Of a stretch of 64,000 bases of DNA, positions 29,907 through 38,935 are shown in pieces. The stretch lies in the NCBI GenBank assembly GCA_024276825.1, contig JAJRWI010000003.1, forward strand, positions 27,323 through 91,322. Reading direction: 5' to 3'. Under the pieces are notes generated by a model that saw only the letters and a list, made by a program, of their open reading frames with translations, made no database searches and was not told the DNA's origin. Every line of letters starts with the position of its first letter. Within the stretch, counting starts at the first letter, position 1. The DNA comes from an archaeon (GTDB lineage: Archaea > Asgardarchaeota > Thorarchaeia > Thorarchaeales > Thorarchaeaceae). The position numbers were made by a program, and so were the translations under genes.

Positions 29907-30758
29907 ATGAAAATGCGATCCCTTGCCCCTATGATATTAGTGATCATGACGCTCATGCCAGTCCAAGTCATTCCAGTCTTGGCGTCCACATTGGGGGCAG
30001 AATTTCCACCTCAAGAGAATCTGCAGGTCTTTGAGATTGAATCATTCACTTACCGCATTGCAATCACAGCAGAGGATGGCACAGACCTGCTTCTAATCAG
30101 AGGGACCTATCAGGTGTATTATCACTATCAGCACCATCAACCTACAGTCAGCGAACATCATTACTACATCCTGATTGGGTTTTATTTTGGAAGGACCATG
30201 TTGGGAAGACCGCTCCTCAGTAGTGTTGCTGCAAGTCGGATTGCATTCTATCCCCAATGGCAAGATGCCACTGGTGTCAGACATGACATGGTCCGAGAGC
30301 ATCCGCTAATCATGGTTAATGATACAATCAGAGACCAGCAGATTATTGGGGCAACAATGTTAATGGTCAAGTTTCCGGTTTCACGATACTTATCGGAGTT
30401 CGGAGGTCAATGGGAAATCAAGGACCTTAATCTCACCCTTGTCGATGGTAGAGAAGTTTCAATCTCCAGCATCAGGATTGGCCTTGTAAAACATAACAAT
30501 GACAATCACCCAGTGATCTCCTTCTTTAACAGCTCTGATGACCTCACCTATTCTGCGGAGAATACAAGACTTGCCATCAGTCTAGCAGTGCCTGCTTCTG
30601 CTATAATGCTGCTCGACTCAGCAGTGTTCTATTCAAGCATTATTCTCCTCTCATCATTTGCGGTCTCTGCCATAGTGAGAATCAGAAACAGAGTCAGGAG
30701 AGAGATGAATCCAAGTGATATATCCACAGTCCTGAATTCAGAATCATATTGGGGTTAG
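29907..30758 (+). CDS. Hypothetical exported, membrane-anchored protein
   Basis: Signal-peptide-like N-terminus from MKMRS and a C-terminal TM followed by basic residues. Confidence 0.6.
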   Translation: MKMRSLAPMILVIMTLMPVQVIPVLASTLGAEFPPQENLQVFEIESFTYRIAITAEDGTDLLLIRGTYQVYYHYQHHQPTVSEHHYYILIGFYFGRTMLGRPLLSSVAASRIAFYPQWQDATGVRHDMVREHPLIMVNDTIRDQQIIGATMLMVKFPVSRYLSEFGGQWEIKDLNLTLVDGREVSISSIRIGLVKHNNDNHPVISFFNSSDDLTYSAENTRLAISLAVPASAIMLLDSAVFYSSIILLSSFAVSAIVRIRNRVRREMNPSDISTVLNSESYWG

Positions 30759-30821
30759 CAGATAATAATCTTCAGTGCTCTAGAGTAATCTTTAATAACA
30801 GATTCCGCCGACTTCACTCTT

Positions 30822-30940
30822 GATGCCGGCCATAGGTGGCGGGGCTCACCCGATCTCGTTCCGATCTCGGAAGTTAAGCCCGCTACCGTTGTGGGAGATC
30901 TGCGGTGCGCGAGCCCGTGAGAGGCCCACAAGCTGGCACA
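30822..30940 (+). rRNA. rrf: 5S rRNA (unlinked from 16S/23S)
   Basis: TGCCGGC/GCTGGCA helix I; CACCCGATCTCGTTCCGATCTCGGAAGTTAAG conserved core. Confidence 0.92.
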
Positions 30941-31002
30941 TTCTTGTTCTTGGTGCGAGAATTGTGATTGTATAAACAGCTAAGCTTAAAGGAGAAAGCA
31001 CA

Positions 31003-32139
31003 ATGGGGGGAGTGATAGTGATGCAAGCAGTTCAGACGGACCCCTTTAGCTGGATTATTAATTTGCTATTCTTTGCGTTTATCATAATCATTAGTCTATA
31101 TGGCGCCAAGATACAGATGTGGCAGTGGCTCAAGCAGATAGAAGTGGGGCTACTAGAGTTAAAACAGATGTTCTTTGAGTCAAGACAGGTGGCAATTGAC
31201 ACTTTCAAGAGGTATGGGAAGGATGAAAAAGAGGTTGCAAAGGATTTAGACAGGTGGCTAGACTATTTCACGATCATGCCAGTTGATTTAGACCCGGCTG
31301 GAGTGCTAAAGCGCTTGGATCACCTTCTAGACAACCGCCGAAACCGCTTTCAGGAGTTTGTGAGTGATCTGGCACCGCAAGCAACAGAGAGTCAGGTGCA
31401 GTCCTTAGAGAACACGTTGGAAGTCACCCAAGTGCTCGGACTAATTTTTCGTATAGTTAGGCACTTTTACATTCTTGGAAAGAAGACTGGAAGTCAGATT
31501 CTGATCATGCAGATTCATATGCAGATGCCCGATATCATGAGGTTGGCAAAGGCATATTATGAGGCCTTGGACGCGTTCTCTGAGGAGAAGCCCATAGGCG
31601 ATGGAATAGGGCCTTTGGTAGTGACCAAGTTTGCTCATGAGATGGGGGCAACTGCCAATGACTATGTTCATGAGGTGACCCGTGAGGTCGGATACTACAA
31701 GGTCAAATTTGAGAACAGGGATGTCTTTGTGCTTCGTGCAACTGGTCCTGGGGGTACTGTTGGGAAGCCAGGCTTTGCAGTGAAGAAGATTGTAGAAGAG
31801 AACAATGGTCAGATATCTCGGATAATCACTGTGGATGCAGCCTTAAAACTCGAGGGGGAAGAATTAGGCAGGGTTTCAGAGGGCACAGGTGCTGCGATTG
31901 GAGATCCCGGTCCTGAGAAGTATGCCATCGAACAGACTGCCACAGACTTCAACATTGGTATTGAGGCCATCGTCATAAAAGAGGATGAGGCAGCTGCTAT
32001 TGGAGTTATGCCAAAGCAGGTGTTGGATGCCTTGCCCGAAGTGATAGAGAGGATAAAGGAGGCCATTCTCAAGAGGACCAAACCGGGAGAGAAGATAATC
32101 TTGGCGGGAATTGGCAACACCATAGGCATAGGACTCTGA
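31003..32139 (+). CDS. DUF1512 family protein
   Basis: N-terminal TM, PVDLDPAG, PIGDGIGPLV, VDAALKLEGE, GIGNTIGI. Confidence 0.85.
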   Translation: MGGVIVMQAVQTDPFSWIINLLFFAFIIIISLYGAKIQMWQWLKQIEVGLLELKQMFFESRQVAIDTFKRYGKDEKEVAKDLDRWLDYFTIMPVDLDPAGVLKRLDHLLDNRRNRFQEFVSDLAPQATESQVQSLENTLEVTQVLGLIFRIVRHFYILGKKTGSQILIMQIHMQMPDIMRLAKAYYEALDAFSEEKPIGDGIGPLVVTKFAHEMGATANDYVHEVTREVGYYKVKFENRDVFVLRATGPGGTVGKPGFAVKKIVEENNGQISRIITVDAALKLEGEELGRVSEGTGAAIGDPGPEKYAIEQTATDFNIGIEAIVIKEDEAAAIGVMPKQVLDALPEVIERIKEAILKRTKPGEKIILAGIGNTIGIGL

Positions 32140-32140
32140 G

Positions 32141-32521
32141 GTGAATAATATGGGAATTGCAGGTAAGATAATTGGTGTAATAATGACTGGGACTGGGATG
32201 GTGTTGTTGACATTGGGCATGGATCCAAATATTGGTATTCTCTCGTGGGGATATTTCATCATCGGACTCTTCATGATGTCCCTTGGTATGGCATTGATCA
32301 CTGGGGGCAAGTCACAACAGGTGAAAAAGCCAAAGCCCCCAACAATCACTGAAATCAGGTGCGATAATACCGAGTGCACCTTCAAAGAACTCCGTGATTT
32401 CGAGCGTGGCGATTACATTCTAAAGCCCCTAGATGTGTCATGTCCAAGATGTGGAAGTACAATGACCATCCAAGGAATCTATATTGTCAGGGACGAGTCA
32501 GAAGAGAAGATCAAGATATGA
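32141..32521 (+). CDS. Small membrane protein with C-terminal Zn ribbon
   Basis: 2 TMs; C-x4-C...RDFERGDYI...CPRC. Confidence 0.7.
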   Translation: MNNMGIAGKIIGVIMTGTGMVLLTLGMDPNIGILSWGYFIIGLFMMSLGMALITGGKSQQVKKPKPPTITEIRCDNTECTFKELRDFERGDYILKPLDVSCPRCGSTMTIQGIYIVRDESEEKIKI

Positions 32522-32527
32522 TTGGAC

Positions 32528-33427
32528 TCATCTCGTGAGAACGATGGGTCCTGTTTCACTGATGAATATTGTATCCTCAGACTGTGAAACAGGGCGTCCA
32601 CTCCTCTCATATATGACTGGATGCCCTTTGATTACACGATAACGTAGCAACTCCCGGATTGTTGCAACTAGGTCTATGCTTTCCTCTTTTACACCAATCC
32701 ATCGTAGGGCAAATGGGAGAGGGCCATATTTCTTCAGAAGATGCAACCTGAGCTTCTCAGCGACCCCTTTCAAGCCCCGGTCCAACCCGGTATTGGAGAA
32801 CATGTAGATGTTTTTACTGTCTTGAATGTTTCTCCCTGTTGTGGCATATGGCTCGATTGCATAATATTCGCCAGACTCGATTCTTCCGATGCCTCGCTTC
32901 TTCTCATTCGGGACTATTTTTCCAGCATACAGTTTGAACTGTTCAATGCTGTGACCACTCATGTTCTTGACAGGGCGAAGACCATACGCCTTTATGACCT
33001 TCGCTATTCTTGAACCAATGTCACCAAGGTCCCTGCCAGGTGTCATCATTTCAATTGCTTCTTGAAGTGCATCATCAGTGGCATCAATAAACCCGCTGAT
33101 TGTGCCATCAATGTCCACTGTTCGAGCAGTGTCTGCAATATACCCATCCACATGTACGCCTATGTCTATCTTTACAAGACCCCAATCGGGAATGACTGCC
33201 CTGTCCCTTGGGGGTGAGGTATAATGAGCAACCACTTCATTGAGGGACACACAGGCAGGGAACGCTGGGAGGCCACCATATTCGACAATCTTTTTCTCCG
33301 CAGTATTGCAGATCCGATATAGTTTTACTCCAGGCTTTATTTCTTGGACTATCTCCCTCATTACTCGCGCTGCAATGGCCCCCGCCCTTACACTCAGTGG
33401 ATGTGGCTTTGAAGTCATATGCACCAA
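32528..33427 (-). CDS. map: Type II methionine aminopeptidase paralogue with active-site substitution
   Basis: DIGVHVDGYIAD, GH, AIEP and QSE ligands present; LHAG changed to LYAG. Confidence 0.8.
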   Translation of the reverse strand: MVHMTSKPHPLSVRAGAIAARVMREIVQEIKPGVKLYRICNTAEKKIVEYGGLPAFPACVSLNEVVAHYTSPPRDRAVIPDWGLVKIDIGVHVDGYIADTARTVDIDGTISGFIDATDDALQEAIEMMTPGRDLGDIGSRIAKVIKAYGLRPVKNMSGHSIEQFKLYAGKIVPNEKKRGIGRIESGEYYAIEPYATTGRNIQDSKNIYMFSNTGLDRGLKGVAEKLRLHLLKKYGPLPFALRWIGVKEESIDLVATIRELLRYRVIKGHPVIYERSGRPVSQSEDTIFISETGPIVLTR

Positions 33428-33485
33428 TGACTAATCATCAACAGCCCTCTTAAGATGTTTCATCAGCGCGAGTGAGTTGAGCCGC

Positions 33486-33646
33486 AAATTTCAGTGGTGG
33501 AAAAGTTGTGCAGACTTGTCATGTCAGTCAGAAGTGGAGTCATGGCAAAAAGAATTGGCGCATTCACTTTCACTCTCAGAGGATGGGAACACATGGTCCT
33601 TGTTCGGACTGGTTCATCTTCCGATGATAAGTTTGAATAAGTTCAG
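33486..33646. repeat. Dispersed structured intergenic element, copy B
   Basis: Homologous to 28680-28867, same orientation. Confidence 0.85.
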
Positions 33647-33655
33647 TCCGTCGGA

Positions 33656-34552
33656 CTAGTCCATTCTGGTTGTGACTATAGCGCCCCTTTCGCCAACAAA
33701 AATTGAGTGTTCAGCTTGAGACACCAGCCCGTCTTTGCCCTCGAGAAGGACCGGATATTGGTGTATTGCCCCTGCCCTAACAAGGTTGTGAATTGCAGCA
33801 TCAATATTGGTCTTCCCATCGTACAGCCATCGAGATGCCCATGGCAGAGACCCAAACTTGCGTCTGGCAGTGTTCCTGACCTGCATGGTAAGCCGATCCA
33901 ACTTCTTCTTATTGGACATGTTGTTTGAGAAAATATAGGCCTCCCTCGAGTTTTTGATTGTGCCATTGCCATTGGTGGCAAAGGGCTCGATTGCAAATGT
34001 TTCTCCAAGCATCATCTTGTCAGACCTGCGGGTACCAATGTTAGGAACATTTTTCCCAGCATGTAGGTTCCATTGTTTCAGTTGATGTCCTGATAGTTGG
34101 TGTACAGGTTTAAGACCATGCCTTTTGATTGATCTTTCGATGACCTTTCCAATTTCACCAACTTGAACGCCCGGATATACTGCATCAATGGCTGCATCAA
34201 GAGCATCATTAGCTGCAATGATGTAGTTCTCCAGCGACCCATCGAGATCCACAGTTATCGCAGTATCAGAGATATGCCCGTTCACATGAGCGCCAATGTC
34301 CAGCTTGACAAGCCCCTTGTCTGGAAATACTCGTCTATCGCCATACGGACTGCTATAATGCGCCGCCTCATTATTAATTGAAACATTGCAGGGAAATGCC
34401 AGTCGCCCCCCGTACTCGATTATTCTCTTTTCTGCTAAGGTGCAGATCTTTAAAACTTTCACCCCGGGTCTGATGAGCTTAGAGACTTCTTTGATCACTC
34501 TTGCTGTAATTTTGCCTGCCTGAATGAAGTCAGGATGTGGCTGAACTGTCAT
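33656..34552 (-). CDS. map: Type II methionine aminopeptidase (canonical)
   Basis: AAHY, DIGAHVNGHISD, GHQL...LHAG, AIEPF, QAEH. Confidence 0.9.
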   Translation of the reverse strand: MTVQPHPDFIQAGKITARVIKEVSKLIRPGVKVLKICTLAEKRIIEYGGRLAFPCNVSINNEAAHYSSPYGDRRVFPDKGLVKLDIGAHVNGHISDTAITVDLDGSLENYIIAANDALDAAIDAVYPGVQVGEIGKVIERSIKRHGLKPVHQLSGHQLKQWNLHAGKNVPNIGTRRSDKMMLGETFAIEPFATNGNGTIKNSREAYIFSNNMSNKKKLDRLTMQVRNTARRKFGSLPWASRWLYDGKTNIDAAIHNLVRAGAIHQYPVLLEGKDGLVSQAEHSIFVGERGAIVTTRMD

Positions 34553-34635
34553 ATTATCGCCACTACTGCAACAAACTGGAAGAGTCTTAAGCAATTCTGT
34601 CTGACTAATCGGTAAAGAAAGTAGGTGAGAATCTG

Positions 34636-35313
34636 ATGATGAAGATCACATATCTAGGTCACGCATCATTCAAGGTGGAGGCAGATGGAAAGACTATTTT
34701 TCTGGACCCTTGGCTCAATGGTCCCACATCCCCAATGAAAGTTGATGATGTGACTGCAGCAGACATCGTTCTAGTCACACATGACCACGGGGATCATGGT
34801 TATGCGGAGGGTGTAGAAATATGCAAAAAGACTGGTGCAACATTTGTTGCAATAAATGAACTGGGGTTGAGAGCAAAGTCTGATGGTGTTGAGAATGTGC
34901 ATACATTGAATATTGGGGGTAGTGTTCAGATTGGTGATATCAGCATCACCTTGGTGCATGCGTTTCACTCATGCGAGGCAGGATCCCCAACAGGATTCAT
35001 TGTGAAACTTCCGGGCGGTACATTATATCATCCTGGCGACACGGGCATCTTCACAGACATGGCATTGTTTGGCGAACTGTATTCTATTGATGTGTTCTTT
35101 GCACCCATTGGAAGCTACTACACAATGGACATAACCCAAGCTGCCAAGGCAGTGGAACTCATCATGCCAAAGGTCACCATCCCAATGCACTATGGCACAT
35201 TCCCTGTCATCTCAGCAAACCCCGAGGACTTTGCTAAGCTCGTGGCCAATATGGCACCAAAAGTTTCTGTTGAAATATTGAGTCCGGGGAACTCGAAAGA
35301 AATCAATATCTGA
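34636..35313 (+). CDS. UPF0173 metal-dependent hydrolase (MBL fold)
   Basis: YLGHA, THDHGDH, AFHS, HPGDT, PMHY. Confidence 0.88.
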   Translation: MMKITYLGHASFKVEADGKTIFLDPWLNGPTSPMKVDDVTAADIVLVTHDHGDHGYAEGVEICKKTGATFVAINELGLRAKSDGVENVHTLNIGGSVQIGDISITLVHAFHSCEAGSPTGFIVKLPGGTLYHPGDTGIFTDMALFGELYSIDVFFAPIGSYYTMDITQAAKAVELIMPKVTIPMHYGTFPVISANPEDFAKLVANMAPKVSVEILSPGNSKEINI

Positions 35314-35330
35314 GCCATAAAGGTGGTAAA

Positions 35331-35627
35331 GCTGGGGAGTGTGGTCGATGCCTATTCCCCAGCACACTAACCCTCAGCTTCATGGCATCAGACATTGCGT
35401 CTGGCTCTGCTGAGCCGCCTCGTGTAGGGAGTTATGGCACCGACCGACCCGCCAATGTACGACACCATGGTGACACACCAGTCCTTGAGGGAACTCATCC
35501 TTCTCATGGTAGTCCGTTGTGGGTCGTTTAGTTTTTCGGCGGGCCCAGCCCAGATGTCACCCATCCTTTGCGCAACACATCATTGTTACCTCAGTGCGCC
35601 CTCGTAGATGGGCATCTGTATTCTGGG
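35331..35627. ncRNA. Candidate ~300-nt multi-domain structured RNA, family unassigned
   Basis: Four consecutive stem domains in a GC-richer non-coding stretch; strand ambiguous. Confidence 0.55.
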
Positions 35628-35830
35628 TGGTTAAAATATTGTAACTTGATGTTATTAGCATTATCAATTAGTCTTACTGAACTTCACTATTTGAAGCAAT
35701 GTAGCAAGCTGAAGGCAGTTCGTTCATTGGTATAACGACATCTTCAAATACTCAATTATTGACCAAATAATCGTAAGCAGTCGAGATAACTCGACATGCA
35801 GTAAACGAAATTAGAATAATCATAATCATG

Positions 35831-36045
35831 ACCGCGAGTATCGGCCGAGGACTGATGTGAGTCCTTATGAGGGGCGAAGCGCGCTATATGATGATCATCA
35901 CTCACTAAATCATCACTCACTAAATCATCTTCATCACTTCATGAAAAAGGTCAGAAAAATGACTGAGAAGAGAAGGGAGTAATCATTACTGGATGATGGG
36001 CGGGGTGTGGGCTTCACCTCTGTCAGAGGCCTGTTATTTCGCGGT
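35831..36045 (+). promoter_or_regulatory. Candidate structured 5' leader of dnaG with 15-nt tandem repeat
   Basis: ACCGCGAG/TTCGCGGT closing stem, AGGACT/AGTCCT hairpin, (ATCATCACTCACTAA)x2.4 at 35894-35929. Confidence 0.45.
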
Positions 36046-36072
36046 AATAGATACACAGGAGACTATCGATGA

Positions 36073-37338
36073 ATGAAAGGTGACTTTGATCAGTCTACCG
36101 CAAAATACGTCATTCGAGCAAAGATTGAGATAGATGGCGTGGTAGACAAACCCGATGTTGTAGGTGCTATATTTGGACAGACAGAGGGGTTATTAGGTGA
36201 GGACTTGGACCTGAGAGAGTTACAACGCACAGGCAGAATTGGCCGAATTCAGATTGCTATTAAATCAGAGGGGGGGATGAGCAAGGGAGAGATTGTGATT
36301 CCTGTGTCCCTTGATAAGACTGCCACTGCAATTCTTGCTGCATCTCTTGAAACCGTTGATCGTGTTGGACCATGTCTTGCAAAAGTGACACTATTGAAGC
36401 TTGAAGACATCAGAGGTGCAAAGCGTAGAAGGGTTGTAAGCAGGGCAATCAGCATTCTGAAGGGATGGGAGGAGGAGATCGCCCCCGGATCTGAAGAGAT
36501 TACTGGTGCTGTGACAAAGGCAAGTAAAAAGAGCATTATCAAGTATGGTCCTGACAAGCTTCCTGCTGGACCAGACTTGCCCTCCAGTGACGAGATCATA
36601 ATTGTGGAGGGAAGAGCTGATGTTCTCAACCTCATGAAGAGTGGAATTGCCAATGCCATTGCTGTTGAGGGCACTCATATTCCAAAGACTATCATGGATC
36701 TCACAAGAAAGAGAGGCAAGGTTGTGATTGCTTTTCTTGATGGTGACCGTGGAGGAGACCTGATTCTTAGAGAGCTTATGCAGGTTGCAAGAGTAGACTA
36801 TATTGCAAGGGCCCCAGAGGGAAAAGAGGTTGAGGAATTGACAAGGCGCCAGATTATAAAGGCATTACAGGCCAAAATCCCTGCAGATCAGGCACTGGCA
36901 ATAGCATCTGAAAAGAAGGCACAGACCAAACGGAAGAGGACCACAAGACGTGTAAAGAGAGAAACGGTTCCTGCGAGTCCAAGGAGAGAAACTCCAACGC
37001 CAACCAAACATGGCAAGGTAACTACTGTTTCAATTGACTCTATTGATGAGTCTATCAGGGCTAAGGTCCCCGAGATTCGTGAGTCTTTTGAAGCAGTGTT
37101 GATGACTGAGAGTGGTGAGGTGATCGAACGGTGTGGTGTTGCACAGCTCACAAAGACACTCGAGTCCAAGGAGTCCGCTCATGCCATTGTTTTTGATGGT
37201 GTGGTCACTCAACGCCTTGTTGATCTTGCCAGTCAGAAGCAGACGAAAGTCCTGATTGGAGCGGCAGTAGCTGATATTGAGAACAAGCCATCATCTATGA
37301 TCATATTAACATTTGATGACATAGAGTCCAATCAGTAG
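36073..37338 (+). CDS. dnaG: Archaeal DnaG (exosome-associated, TOPRIM)
   Basis: GAIFGQTEGLLG, LRELQRTGRIGRI, VEGRADV, DGDRGG. Confidence 0.95.
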   Translation: MKGDFDQSTAKYVIRAKIEIDGVVDKPDVVGAIFGQTEGLLGEDLDLRELQRTGRIGRIQIAIKSEGGMSKGEIVIPVSLDKTATAILAASLETVDRVGPCLAKVTLLKLEDIRGAKRRRVVSRAISILKGWEEEIAPGSEEITGAVTKASKKSIIKYGPDKLPAGPDLPSSDEIIIVEGRADVLNLMKSGIANAIAVEGTHIPKTIMDLTRKRGKVVIAFLDGDRGGDLILRELMQVARVDYIARAPEGKEVEELTRRQIIKALQAKIPADQALAIASEKKAQTKRKRTTRRVKRETVPASPRRETPTPTKHGKVTTVSIDSIDESIRAKVPEIRESFEAVLMTESGEVIERCGVAQLTKTLESKESAHAIVFDGVVTQRLVDLASQKQTKVLIGAAVADIENKPSSMIILTFDDIESNQ

Positions 37339-37347
37339 GATTTGAAT

Positions 37348-37372
37348 GGAGGTCCTCACCTCCCCTTTTTTT
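37348..37372 (+). terminator. Hairpin plus T7 tract after dnaG
   Basis: GGAGGT-CCTC-ACCTCC-CC-TTTTTTT. Confidence 0.6.
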
Positions 37373-37456
37373 AATTACATCGTACTTGACTTAGTACTGG
37401 ACTTGGCGTATTACTCACTATTATCTCGTCTATGAACAACAAGCACTCAAGAGTGC

Positions 37457-38908
37457 ATGAGGTTTCAAACAGTGATCCCCCATCTTAATGAGGTTACTAC
37501 AACTGCAGATGTTAGGACCCCCAAAGATCCATTTGAGAGAATAGTAGGACAACAGCATGCAGTGAAACTTGTGCGTTCGGCTGTCAAACAGAGAAGGCAT
37601 GTGCTCTTGTGTGGGGTCCCTGGCACTGGTAAATCATTGATTGCAAAGGCAGCCTACTCTCTATTACCACCCCCGAAGGAGGAGATTGTTCTAAGGCCCA
37701 ACCCAAAGCAACCAGATAGACCACTTGTGATAGTCAGCAGGCCTGAAACCAATCAGGCCCCTCATAAGGAGAACGTCAACCCAGAGTCGGTCGAATACAT
37801 CCACCCGGATGAGTTACCATTTGATGTGGCAATTGAGATGGGATATCGTTGCCAACGATGTGGTGCCTTTTCATATCCGAGTCAAGAGAATTGTATGGAT
37901 TGCGGGGTTCCAAAAAGACATGATGTTACTGATGTCAATGCATATAGTGGGTTGTTCAGGGTACTTGATGTCATCCGTGAGCCCGCTCTCAGGTCGACAC
38001 AGCGAGAAGTTGTTTGGGAGGGTGCTCCAGCCAAGGTTGTTTATGAACGGACCTCACAGGACATGATCAGGGTTTCAGTGTTTCTGAATTATTGTCACCA
38101 ACAAGAGCCTATTGGCCTTAGTAATTCAGACTACGTGCTGATATCCCGGAACGCGTCACGATTTGTGAGAATCAGCGGTTCAAGCCCTGTTGAACTCTTG
38201 GGTGACGTGAAACATGACCCGTATGGGATTGCTGATAACCTTGCTACTGCACCACATATGAGGGTTGTTCCTGGTGGTGTTCATGAGGCCCATGAGGGAA
38301 TTCTTTTTGTTGATGAGATTGGGGCCTTAGGGCCCTACCAGAAACACCTTCTAACTGCGATGCAGGACAAGTATTTCCCCATAACGGGACACAACCCACT
38401 GAGTTCAGGTGCTTCAGTCAGAGTTGATAAGGTGCCTTGTGATTTCATACTCTTTGCTGCGTGCAATCTGGATGATATCCCAAAAATCCACCCTGCCCTT
38501 AGGTCTCGCATTCGTGGCTATGGCTATGAGATAATGTTAGCGAGTTGGTTTGACAAGAGCAGGGATCATATGTCTGAGCTGATTAAATTCATGGCAATCA
38601 CTATTGAGGATGACGGGCGGATTCCACATCTGGACAGGACTGGAATTGATGAGGTCTTAAGAGTCGCAGAGCAAATGGCTCTAAAGATTGATGGCCAAAG
38701 GAGTGCCTATACATTGCGACTCAGAGAACTTGGAGGAATCATTAGAATAGCAGGGGATGTTGCCGTGCAAGAGGATGCATCTTTGATAGAGGGCAAGCAT
38801 GTCAAATCCGCCGAGTCCCTGAGTCAGAGTTTAGGGGCGGATTCCCCACTTATGATGTATGAATACAGTCCCAGAAGAAGTGAGAGCTTCGGAGACTATT
38901 TCTTTTAG
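37457..38908 (+). CDS. LonB-like AAA+ ATPase lacking protease and TM domains
   Basis: GVPGTGKS, LLGDVKHDPY, LFVDEI, HPALRSRI, LRLRELGG; Zn ribbon insert; ends soon after the AAA lid. Confidence 0.8.
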   Translation: MRFQTVIPHLNEVTTTADVRTPKDPFERIVGQQHAVKLVRSAVKQRRHVLLCGVPGTGKSLIAKAAYSLLPPPKEEIVLRPNPKQPDRPLVIVSRPETNQAPHKENVNPESVEYIHPDELPFDVAIEMGYRCQRCGAFSYPSQENCMDCGVPKRHDVTDVNAYSGLFRVLDVIREPALRSTQREVVWEGAPAKVVYERTSQDMIRVSVFLNYCHQQEPIGLSNSDYVLISRNASRFVRISGSSPVELLGDVKHDPYGIADNLATAPHMRVVPGGVHEAHEGILFVDEIGALGPYQKHLLTAMQDKYFPITGHNPLSSGASVRVDKVPCDFILFAACNLDDIPKIHPALRSRIRGYGYEIMLASWFDKSRDHMSELIKFMAITIEDDGRIPHLDRTGIDEVLRVAEQMALKIDGQRSAYTLRLRELGGIIRIAGDVAVQEDASLIEGKHVKSAESLSQSLGADSPLMMYEYSPRRSESFGDYFF

Positions 38909-38935
38909 GCATACATCTTTCCCATTGATGAGACC

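Noticed and set aside
33477-33659. Small ORFs over the repeat copies (33477-33659 +; 28572-28838 -)
   Set aside because: A 31-nt indel breaks the frame between copies and the substitutions are not biased to synonymous sites
35331-36045. Confident assignment as RNase P RNA or SRP RNA
   Set aside because: The CR-I GAGGAA box and the SRP helix-8 CAGG..GGAA..AGCAG motif were not found on either strand; kept only as unassigned candidates
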